The translations under genes were made by a program, and so were the position numbers. The notes below the pieces were generated by a model. That model worked only from the letters and a program-made list of their open reading frames with translations. It ran no database searches and was not told where the DNA came from. From a virus: DNA of 62,951 nt. Below are positions 45,767-52,971 of this stretch, in pieces (the first letter of the stretch is position 1; each line of letters begins with the position of its first letter). The stretch is from IMG/VR virus record IMGVR_UViG_3300045988_106087, positions 1 through 62,951 of that record. One strand, written 5' to 3'.

Positions 45767-46306
45767 ATGGAAAAACAATTTAAGATGGGTTCGCTCTTCG
45801 ATGGGTTGTACTCAATTACCAATGACGGACGTTTATATAGCAATAGAAGAAATAAGTTTTTGCGTCCATCGACAGATAAATACGGCTATCTATATTATGT
45901 GATAAGTATTGATGGGGTAAGAAAAACACTAAAAGCACATAGGCTTGTTGCACAAGCATTTATTCCGAATCCGTACAACAAGCCTACTGTAAACCATAAA
46001 AACGGAATACGAGATGATAACAGGGTTGAAAATCTTGAATGGGCGACTTATAAAGAACAGCAAGAAAATGAAGTTACAAAAGAACGTGCAAAAAAGGTTC
46101 ACGAAAAAACAGATTATAGGAGCATGGGAGCAAAACGGAATTTTGGAAGAAAAAAAACAGCCGTATATAAAGATGGTGTACTCATAGGAAAGTATGAAAC
46201 ATTATTGGAAGCGGCTAGGCAAAATAATACGAATTACTCAAAGGCATCTGAATGTGCTAATGGTAATCGAAAAAAGGCAGGAGGGTTAGTATTTTGTTTC
46301 GAATAG
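45767..46306 (+). CDS. HNH homing endonuclease (NUMOD4 + HNH_3 type)
   Basis: 'YSITNDGRLYS' NUMOD4-like motif. 'KAHRLVAQAFIPNP..KPTVNHKNGIRDDNRVENLEW' HNH core. Confidence 0.85.
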   Translation: MEKQFKMGSLFDGLYSITNDGRLYSNRRNKFLRPSTDKYGYLYYVISIDGVRKTLKAHRLVAQAFIPNPYNKPTVNHKNGIRDDNRVENLEWATYKEQQENEVTKERAKKVHEKTDYRSMGAKRNFGRKKTAVYKDGVLIGKYETLLEAARQNNTNYSKASECANGNRKKAGGLVFCFE

Positions 46307-48108
46307 GAAGTTTATTTTCAGGATCAGGCGGTTTTGAATTAGCCGCCACACTTTGCGGAATGGAGCCAATATGGGCATCCGAGATTGAACCCTTTCCCAT
46401 ACGAGTTACCACGAAACGATTTCCCCACATGAAACACTACGGAGATATATCCTCAATATCCGGCTCAGAACTTGAGCCGGTAGACCTCATTACAGGCGGT
46501 TCACCATGTCAAGATATGTCAGTTGCAGGAAAACGAAAAGGAATGAGCAAAGAATGTCCGAAGTGTGGCTATAAGTCTATAGCCAACGAAGATACGGATA
46601 TTTGCCCGGAGTGTGGTTCTGAAATGCAATACACACGTTCTGGATTGTTCATGGAGCAGATACGAATAATCAAAGAAATGAGGGAAGCAGATGAAAGAAA
46701 TGGAAGGTCAGATCAGTTTATTCGACCTCGATTCATGCTCTGGGAAAATGTTGTCGGAGCATTCTCCAGCAACAAAGGAGAAGATTTTCGAGCCGTACTT
46801 GAAGAAACAGCGAAAGTCAAAGACAAGACCGCCACTATTCCTAGACCTCCGAAAGGAAAATGGAATACAGAGGGATGCATCGTGGGTGATGGGTGGTCCA
46901 TTGCCTGGAGAGTTCTCGATGCTCAATTTTGGGGAGTCCCCCAAAGACGCAGACGAATCGCTCTTGTCGCAGATTTTGCAGGACAATGTGCCGGAGAAAT
47001 ACTATTTAAGCGCAAAGGCTTGTCAAGGAATTTTACGGAGAGCCGAAAATCGTGGCAAGCAACTTCCGGAGATACTTCGAAAGGCATTGATGCATCAAGC
47101 GAACATTGCATAGGTTTTGAACCGGGGGCGGCAACACGAACAGGTGGACATACATACGATAACCAAACTGGATCATTAAGAGCGAACATGGGAGATAATC
47201 AGTTTTGCGTGGCGAAAGAAGAACAATATGCCGTTGATTTTGGCAGAGTTGCTGACAGAATACAGATGAACGCAACAAAGGCGGTAACACTACAAGGATT
47301 AGGCGGTGGTTCAGGAGCAAAGACAGGGTTGTATTGTCTGCCAAAAGATACACCACCGGTAACCATGCAAGTACGATGTGGAAACCCGGTTGGTGGCGGT
47401 AAAGGTGCATTGCTGCAGATAAACAAGTCAGCAACATTGAGTTGTGGTGTTCCACAGACATTATTTGATCCGATACCAATACAATACCAGGCAATCAGCA
47501 ACGGAATGGGGAATGGTTTAGGTGTTGGCAAAGAGGGAGAACCGATGTACTCTCTCATGTCAGAGACAAATCATGGTGTATGTTGTCTGGAAGGGAACGG
47601 CTCTCGTCCGTCACATCGTGGAGACGGATATAAGGAATCCGAAACCATGTACACGCTGAATGCGACAGAACAGCACGCAGTAGCATATGGATTTGAACAG
47701 AAAGCATTCGGTAAATATGATGAATCAGGAAAAGCATCTTGCCTAAAAAGCAGAGATTATAAAGATGCTACTGATTTGATTGTTGAACCATCCTACATAG
47801 TAAGACGGCTGACACCAGTTGAATGTGCAAGATTGCAAGGCTTCTATGACTGGTGGCTTGATGGTTTGGAAACAGAAGAACCGACAGAGGAAGATATAGC
47901 CTTTTGGCGAGAAGTCTTTGAGACACACAGAAATGTAGTCACAGGAGCAAAGAAACCAAAGACGGACAAGCAGATCATAAAATGGTTGCAGAATCCGTAC
48001 TCCGATGGTGCAGCATATAAGTTATGGGGAAACGGAATCGCCCTACCTTGTTTTCTCTACGTGGTAGAGGGAATAAAGGAAGTCCTCGATAGAACCTCAA
48101 ACGAATAA
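46294..48108 (+). CDS. DNA (cytosine-5)-methyltransferase, large, with a zinc-ribbon insertion after motif IV
   Basis: Motif I 'LFSGSGGFE', IV 'GGSPCQDMS', VI 'WENV', VIII 'VPQRRRRIALVA', IX 'RRLTPVECARLQGF', X 'GNGIALP'. CPKC..CPEC insertion at 46555-46632. TTG start after AGGAGG. Confidence 0.9.
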   Translation: MFRIGSLFSGSGGFELAATLCGMEPIWASEIEPFPIRVTTKRFPHMKHYGDISSISGSELEPVDLITGGSPCQDMSVAGKRKGMSKECPKCGYKSIANEDTDICPECGSEMQYTRSGLFMEQIRIIKEMREADERNGRSDQFIRPRFMLWENVVGAFSSNKGEDFRAVLEETAKVKDKTATIPRPPKGKWNTEGCIVGDGWSIAWRVLDAQFWGVPQRRRRIALVADFAGQCAGEILFKRKGLSRNFTESRKSWQATSGDTSKGIDASSEHCIGFEPGAATRTGGHTYDNQTGSLRANMGDNQFCVAKEEQYAVDFGRVADRIQMNATKAVTLQGLGGGSGAKTGLYCLPKDTPPVTMQVRCGNPVGGGKGALLQINKSATLSCGVPQTLFDPIPIQYQAISNGMGNGLGVGKEGEPMYSLMSETNHGVCCLEGNGSRPSHRGDGYKESETMYTLNATEQHAVAYGFEQKAFGKYDESGKASCLKSRDYKDATDLIVEPSYIVRRLTPVECARLQGFYDWWLDGLETEEPTEEDIAFWREVFETHRNVVTGAKKPKTDKQIIKWLQNPYSDGAAYKLWGNGIALPCFLYVVEGIKEVLDRTSNE

Positions 48109-48112
48109 CCAC

Positions 48113-48137
48113 AAAAAAATGACACCGCAACGGTGCC
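48113..48137 (-). terminator. Intrinsic terminator for the leftward gene 48141..48428
   Basis: The minus strand reads GGCACCG-ttg-CGGTGTC followed by TTTTTTT. Confidence 0.6.
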
Positions 48138-48140
48138 ACC

Positions 48141-48428
48141 TCAATGAACGATATGAACATTTCCATTATTAGATATTTGGATTGGCTGATAACTATTTAT
48201 GAATGATAGAGCAGCATCCCCGGTGAGCGGTTTACCCTTTGCCATTGCGTTCCGACCTCTTCGGAAGGCTTCGTGATCGAGAATCAGACAGAAGAAATAA
48301 CAATCTGAATCGTATTCCTCATATAAGAGGTCAGAGCCGTACTTTTCCTTGAAGTATTTGATTGCTTCATCGTGGGAAGAAAATGCCGGGATGTTCGCTT
48401 CATCCTCACGAGATATCTGTTTAACCAT
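48141..48428 (-). CDS. Hypothetical protein
   Basis: 95 aa, ATG after AAGGTGG. Confidence 0.55.
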   Translation of the reverse strand: MVKQISREDEANIPAFSSHDEAIKYFKEKYGSDLLYEEYDSDCYFFCLILDHEAFRRGRNAMAKGKPLTGDAALSFINSYQPIQISNNGNVHIVH

Positions 48429-48489
48429 TCCAATAACCACCTTGTAACTTTTAACAGAATCATAGCATAGAAAAGAAAGGATTGATACC

Positions 48490-48813
48490 ATGTCAGATTT
48501 ATATAAAGTATCGGAATTAGTAAGAAATACCCTTAAAAAATATCCAATGTCAAGGAATAGTGATAACTATTTGTATTATCTCATTCTGAAAAAGGTAGGG
48601 GAAAAGAACGGAATTGATATTGATAGTATGTCAATGCCTATGTTCTTGCTGAACATGAGACAGTACGGCTTTCCACCTTTTGAGAGTGTTCGCCGGAGCA
48701 GACAAAAGATACAGCACGATCATCCGGAACTGGCCGTGGCAAAAGCGGTAAGAGATTATAGACAGACGGAAGAGGAACGATATCGGGAGTTTGCTTTGAA
48801 CGTAAAGGAGTAG
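48490..48813 (+). CDS. Hypothetical protein
   Basis: 107-aa ORF. Confidence 0.55.
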   Translation: MSDLYKVSELVRNTLKKYPMSRNSDNYLYYLILKKVGEKNGIDIDSMSMPMFLLNMRQYGFPPFESVRRSRQKIQHDHPELAVAKAVRDYRQTEEERYREFALNVKE

Positions 48814-48816
48814 CCT

Positions 48817-49233
48817 ATGGGAGAAAAACCGCCTAAGTGCTGTCATCCTGATTGTGAAAATTGCCCTTATAATGATTGCGGATATGATGGTATCGAAGAA
48901 GATGAAACAAAGATCATTGATGATAATGTAAAGAAAATTGCGATGATCCAACGTGCATCAATGAGAGGGACTCAAAACATTTTCAAGTACAACCATTCCG
49001 AAAAAGGAAAAGCACGTATGAAGAGATACGAGAAATCCGAGAAAAGGAAAGAATCGAGAAAAAGATACTATCAGTCTGAAAAGGGCAAGGAAGCACAAAG
49101 ACGATACAGGAAATCGGAAAAAGGCAGAGCCAAGAATGCTGAAAAAAGCAGACGATACCGGGAGCGGAAAAAAGAGATAGAGAAGTGGAGAGAAGAGGTA
49201 AGAGAAAATAATAAGTTACACCGTTATGAATAA
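48817..49233 (+). CDS. Cys-cluster plus basic-repeat protein ((Y/R)xKSEKGKxxxxRY repeats)
   Basis: N-terminus 'CCHPDCENCPYNDC'. At least four 'SEKGK/SEKRK...RY' repeats. Confidence 0.55.
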   Translation: MGEKPPKCCHPDCENCPYNDCGYDGIEEDETKIIDDNVKKIAMIQRASMRGTQNIFKYNHSEKGKARMKRYEKSEKRKESRKRYYQSEKGKEAQRRYRKSEKGRAKNAEKSRRYRERKKEIEKWREEVRENNKLHRYE

Positions 49234-49248
49234 AGGAAGGATGATGAT

Positions 49249-49443
49249 ATGGTTCATACGTGTTCGAAATGTGGAATCAAAAAGGATGAAAGTAATTTTA
49301 ACAAAAAAACAAAAAAGTACAAAGATAATGTATATACCTATATGAGCAGTTATTGCATTGACTGTGAAAAGGTATATAACCATGAGTATTATATGAAATG
49401 CACAAAGAATAAAAGAAAGGAAATGCGACATGGCAAGAAATAA
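49249..49443 (+). CDS. Small zinc-finger protein
   Basis: CSKC...CIDC. Confidence 0.5.
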   Translation: MVHTCSKCGIKKDESNFNKKTKKYKDNVYTYMSSYCIDCEKVYNHEYYMKCTKNKRKEMRHGKK

Positions 49444-49750
49444 AAGAGCAGCAATCAGGAGAGAGAAACGTGAGCAAGAAAAAGTAATGAAAAGAGCAGA
49501 AAGCGGACTGACAAAGGACCTCATGGCAAAGTCTTTTTTGCTTGGTAAAAATGAGGGACTTGAGTTGGCTTGCGGAATTATCTTTCTTGCACTTCATGAA
49601 GAGTTTGGATTTGGTAACAAGCGGATCATGAAATTGATGGACAAGATATCTAAGGAATCAATGAAAATGGATGAGGATCCGACAAAGTTCAATGTCGATT
49701 GGTACATAGCGCAGTTGAGAGAAAAATGTGATATAAAGATCGAACGGTGA
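49430..49750 (+). CDS. Hypothetical protein
   Basis: 106-aa ORF. Confidence 0.5.
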   Translation: MARNKRAAIRREKREQEKVMKRAESGLTKDLMAKSFLLGKNEGLELACGIIFLALHEEFGFGNKRIMKLMDKISKESMKMDEDPTKFNVDWYIAQLREKCDIKIER

Positions 49751-49772
49751 CACATATACAGAAATAAAACAG

Positions 49773-49801
49773 TTGTTTTCTGGAAAAGAATATGCTATCA
49801 T
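49773..49801 (+). promoter_or_regulatory. Promoter of the partition operon (TTGTTT-17-TGcTATCAT)
   Basis: Hexamers and spacing read from the sequence. ACAGAAAA follows. Confidence 0.5.
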
Positions 49802-49838
49802 ACAGAAAAGGCACAGATAGAGGGAGTATGATGGTAAA

Positions 49839-50612
49839 GTGGCGCACAAAATAATGATAGGATGCCAAAAAGGCGGAGTTGGTAAGAGCAGTACCGCCGT
49901 GATATTGTCAGAGATATTGGCGGCATCCGGAAGCAAAGTGCTTGTGCTTGATTTAGACAGTCAGGGAAATGCTACGCAGATGCTTACTCAAAAAAGCATC
50001 TATACCTACAGCGGTAATACGATGCTTGAAGCAGTCATGGAGCGGAATCCTGAAAAGTATCTGATCCATCCGAAAGAGAATATTGATCTGATACCGGCAG
50101 ATGATATGTTGGTAACGTTCAGCCGGTACATATACAAGGAAAAGGTATCGAATCCGGTAAAGGCTCTTGGAAGTGCTATCCGAACGATAGAAAACAATTA
50201 TGATTATATCATCATGGATTGCCCTCCAAATCTTGGTGATCTGGTTCTGAATGCTATCGTGTACAGCGACTATATCATCATTCCGATACATCCTGATGGC
50301 TTCGGATCAGATGCTCTTGATCGATTTGTTTCCAATATTGAAGATGCGAAGGAAAACGGTCATACGAAAGCCGAAATCCTTGGTATCTTATTTACCATGA
50401 GAGATACCAGAAATGTTCTGGAGCGTACTCTCGGTAAGAATATCCGTGATAGGTACGGAGATTTAGTGTTTAGTACGGAAATAAAACGCAGAGCAAAGAT
50501 CAAAGAATTTGCTTTTACTGGTACCCGGATGGAGAAAAAATCAGAGATAGACACACTATCTGATTATATAGATCTAGCCAAAGAAGTTATCACAAGAATC
50601 GACAGGAGGTAA
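49839..50612 (+). CDS. parA: ParA-family partition ATPase (short, type Ib-like)
   Basis: Deviant Walker A 'GCQKGGVGKSST', 'VLVLDLDSQGN', 'IIMDCPP'. GTG start. Confidence 0.85.
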   Translation: MAHKIMIGCQKGGVGKSSTAVILSEILAASGSKVLVLDLDSQGNATQMLTQKSIYTYSGNTMLEAVMERNPEKYLIHPKENIDLIPADDMLVTFSRYIYKEKVSNPVKALGSAIRTIENNYDYIIMDCPPNLGDLVLNAIVYSDYIIIPIHPDGFGSDALDRFVSNIEDAKENGHTKAEILGILFTMRDTRNVLERTLGKNIRDRYGDLVFSTEIKRRAKIKEFAFTGTRMEKKSEIDTLSDYIDLAKEVITRIDRR

Positions 50613-50617
50613 GTATA

Positions 50618-50962
50618 GTGTCAAAGAACAATGATTTGTTGCAACAACGCTTGCAAGAATTGAATGCAAACAAGAAAGAGACCAAAGGTAACAAGCCTGA
50701 TGTGGTAAATACCATCGTAACCGGCAAGGAAGAAAAACAGAATTTTTCCGATATAGCAGCGCAGCTGGAAGAAAGGAAGAGGAAATTAACGGAAGGACAA
50801 GCCGGAGCAAATGATGGTTATGTAAAAGATACGATTTATATTCGCAAGGATTTATGGGAAGCCATGCAGGCTTTATGCATTGAGAAAGGCGATAAGAAGA
50901 ATCATGTCAATGCAGCCTATGAGGATTACATTTCCAAAATGCACAGATTATTGTCAGAATAA
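50618..50962 (+). CDS. Small ParG/RHH-like centromere-binding protein candidate
   Basis: 114 aa downstream of parA. The C-terminus 'TIYIRKDLWEAMQALCIEKGDKKNHVNAAYEDYISK' has a ribbon-helix-helix-like pattern. Confidence 0.5.
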   Translation: MSKNNDLLQQRLQELNANKKETKGNKPDVVNTIVTGKEEKQNFSDIAAQLEERKRKLTEGQAGANDGYVKDTIYIRKDLWEAMQALCIEKGDKKNHVNAAYEDYISKMHRLLSE

Positions 50963-50975
50963 TCGAGAAAAAAAG

Positions 50976-51020
50976 GCAGAGAATGGATTGCGTACCAGCA
51001 ATTATTCCCTGCTTTTTTTT
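50976..51020. terminator. Bidirectional terminator between the convergent partition operon and recombinase gene
   Basis: GCAGAGAAT...ATTCCCTGC stem (one mismatch) flanked by an A-run and a T-run. Confidence 0.55.
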
Positions 51021-51055
51021 ACAGATGTTATATAATTAACTCGAACATATATTCC

Positions 51056-52468
51056 TCAATTACTTTTTGCGAACGACCAATAGAAATAAACCTCGCTATC
51101 ATCCACTTCTATCCGTTCCAAGAGTTGAAACAAAGAATACCGCACATACTCTATATTTTCTTCCCAAATGGCCGCAGGAAGTTCTTGAATGAGAAGTTTG
51201 GCCGCTTCCATTCTAAATGTATTTGTATTGTTACCTTTTTGATTTTGATTTATTTGGTTAAGTAACCGCACTTTTTCTTGATATAGAGAATCTATTCTTT
51301 GTGCGACATCCTCAACTTGGAATGTAGTGTCGTTCGCCTGGTATAAGTCCATTAAACGTCCTATCTCTTCGTTTAAGCGTGTAATTTCCTCTTGGACTTT
51401 ACCAACCATGGTACCGCCTTTTGGCGGTATTTTTTTTATTTCGTGAAGTAATTGAGGGTTTTTATTGAGATGGATAATTTTATCGTATACTACCTTTTCC
51501 AATTCATCAAGAAGCCAATTTTTGTTTTTACAATTTGGATCCTTTACCATGAGCCGATTTACCTTTGATCTGGAGTGGCAGCAGTAGAACTTTTTCTTAT
51601 TTGAATTTTGTTTGACACCGTACCTAGCACCGCATTTAGCACAGTATACCAGACCGGATAAAACGTACTTGCTGCCCTTTTTTGCGTACTTATGTACACC
51701 GGAACGCATATAAGCCACACGATCAAACGTTTCCTTCGAAACGATAGGATCATGGCTGTCCGGTGTAAGAGCATCCTCAAAGTGGATGGTACCTATATAG
51801 AGCGGATTATCCAGAACCGTTGCAATCGTTCCCGGATGCCGCCAGTCACCATGTTTTGTTGTATAACCCTGCATCCGTTCAGATATGGCTGCAATAGATA
51901 GTCCGGCAGCATAGTATTCAAACACCATCCGCACCTGCTCCGCTTCTTTCTCATTTATGACTAGTTCACCATCTATGTAATCATAACCGATTGGATCTGT
52001 ACCGCCACCATGCCAATTCCCCTTTTTAGCACGACCTACACGACCGCCGAAAGTTCTTTCTTTGATCGTTTCCCTTTCAAATTGAGCGAATACGGAAAGG
52101 ATCCCAACCATGGCACGTCCGAAAGATGTTGTTGTATCAAAAGACTCTGCCACCGATACAAAGTCAACACCGTTTGGCAAAAATAATTCCTCTATCAGAT
52201 ACAATGTATCTTTTTGAGACCTTGAAAGCCTGTCCAATTTGGTTACGAGAACAACGTCAATTTTCCCCTCTTCCACGGCTTGAATCATCCGCTCCATGGC
52301 CGGACGTTCCAGAGTAGCACCACTATATCCAGGATCGATGAATATATCAACACATACCCATCCCTTAGCCTTACAAAATGCAAGCAACTTTTCTTTTTGC
52401 TCCGGTATGGATGTATTTTCTTTTTGTCCGTCCGTTGATACCCTTCCATAAATCCCTACTCTTTTCAT
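51056..52468 (-). CDS. Large serine recombinase (integrase/resolvase)
   Basis: 'VGIYGRVSTDGQ' catalytic Ser region, recombinase domain, zinc ribbon 'CAKCGARY...YCC', C-terminal coiled coil. ATG 52468 follows AAGGGG. Confidence 0.9.
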   Translation of the reverse strand: MKRVGIYGRVSTDGQKENTSIPEQKEKLLAFCKAKGWVCVDIFIDPGYSGATLERPAMERMIQAVEEGKIDVVLVTKLDRLSRSQKDTLYLIEELFLPNGVDFVSVAESFDTTTSFGRAMVGILSVFAQFERETIKERTFGGRVGRAKKGNWHGGGTDPIGYDYIDGELVINEKEAEQVRMVFEYYAAGLSIAAISERMQGYTTKHGDWRHPGTIATVLDNPLYIGTIHFEDALTPDSHDPIVSKETFDRVAYMRSGVHKYAKKGSKYVLSGLVYCAKCGARYGVKQNSNKKKFYCCHSRSKVNRLMVKDPNCKNKNWLLDELEKVVYDKIIHLNKNPQLLHEIKKIPPKGGTMVGKVQEEITRLNEEIGRLMDLYQANDTTFQVEDVAQRIDSLYQEKVRLLNQINQNQKGNNTNTFRMEAAKLLIQELPAAIWEENIEYVRYSLFQLLERIEVDDSEVYFYWSFAKSN

Positions 52469-52527
52469 GCCGAAAGCACCCCTTATACATTTTTTTAACT
52501 TTTTATACATTATACTACAAAAAACTA

Positions 52528-52556
52528 TTGACATTTGCTTCCAAAAGGTGTAATAT
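52528..52556 (+). promoter_or_regulatory. Promoter (TTGACA-17-TGtAATAT) of the Spo0A_C-like gene and the recombination operon
   Basis: -35 at 52528-52533, -10 at 52551-52556. The leader carries four ACAGA[A/T] boxes. Confidence 0.65.
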
Positions 52557-52615
52557 TACAAATACAGAAACAAAACAGAAAATAAACAGATGAAAACAGA
52601 AAGGGGGTTCAAGGT

Positions 52616-52930
52616 TTGGACAAGCAGAAAATTACACGGATTCTTGTACAACTTGGGGTAAAGAGAAGCCTTAAAGGCTTTGATTATCTCGTCAGTTGCA
52701 TAGGCTACGGAATGAAGAAAAACCGAACTGTATGGAGTTGTATTCGCATTGTTGCGGACGAGTTCGGATGTGAAACCGCAGCGGTGGAGCATTGCACCAG
52801 AACAGCGGTTGAAAGTTGTGATAAGAATATCACTCCGGAAGACCGGTCAAGGCTTTTTGGAAATCAGAAGATGACAACGGCATTGTTCATAAAAACCGTT
52901 GCATCATGTATTAACGATGGTACGTTATAA
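52616..52930 (+). CDS. Stand-alone Spo0A C-terminal (DNA-binding) domain homolog
   Basis: 'LGVKRSLKGFDYLVSCI', 'VADEFGCETAAVEHCTRTAVESC' and 'RLFGNQKMTTALFIKTVASCI' parallel B. subtilis Spo0A 'GVPAHIKGYLYLREAI / [24 protein letters not shown] / SLFG..KPTNSEFIAMVADKL'. TTG start after AAGGGGG. Confidence 0.7.
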   Translation: MDKQKITRILVQLGVKRSLKGFDYLVSCIGYGMKKNRTVWSCIRIVADEFGCETAAVEHCTRTAVESCDKNITPEDRSRLFGNQKMTTALFIKTVASCINDGTL

Positions 52931-52971
52931 GTAAAAATGTAAACGCTTACATAAGCGAGAAAGGACAAGTT

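Noticed and set aside
50963-51055. Assigning a specific attP core next to the serine recombinase
   Set aside because: I could not identify a convincing imperfect inverted repeat around a central dinucleotide by eye. The location remains only a guess and is mentioned in the partition/recombinase finding.
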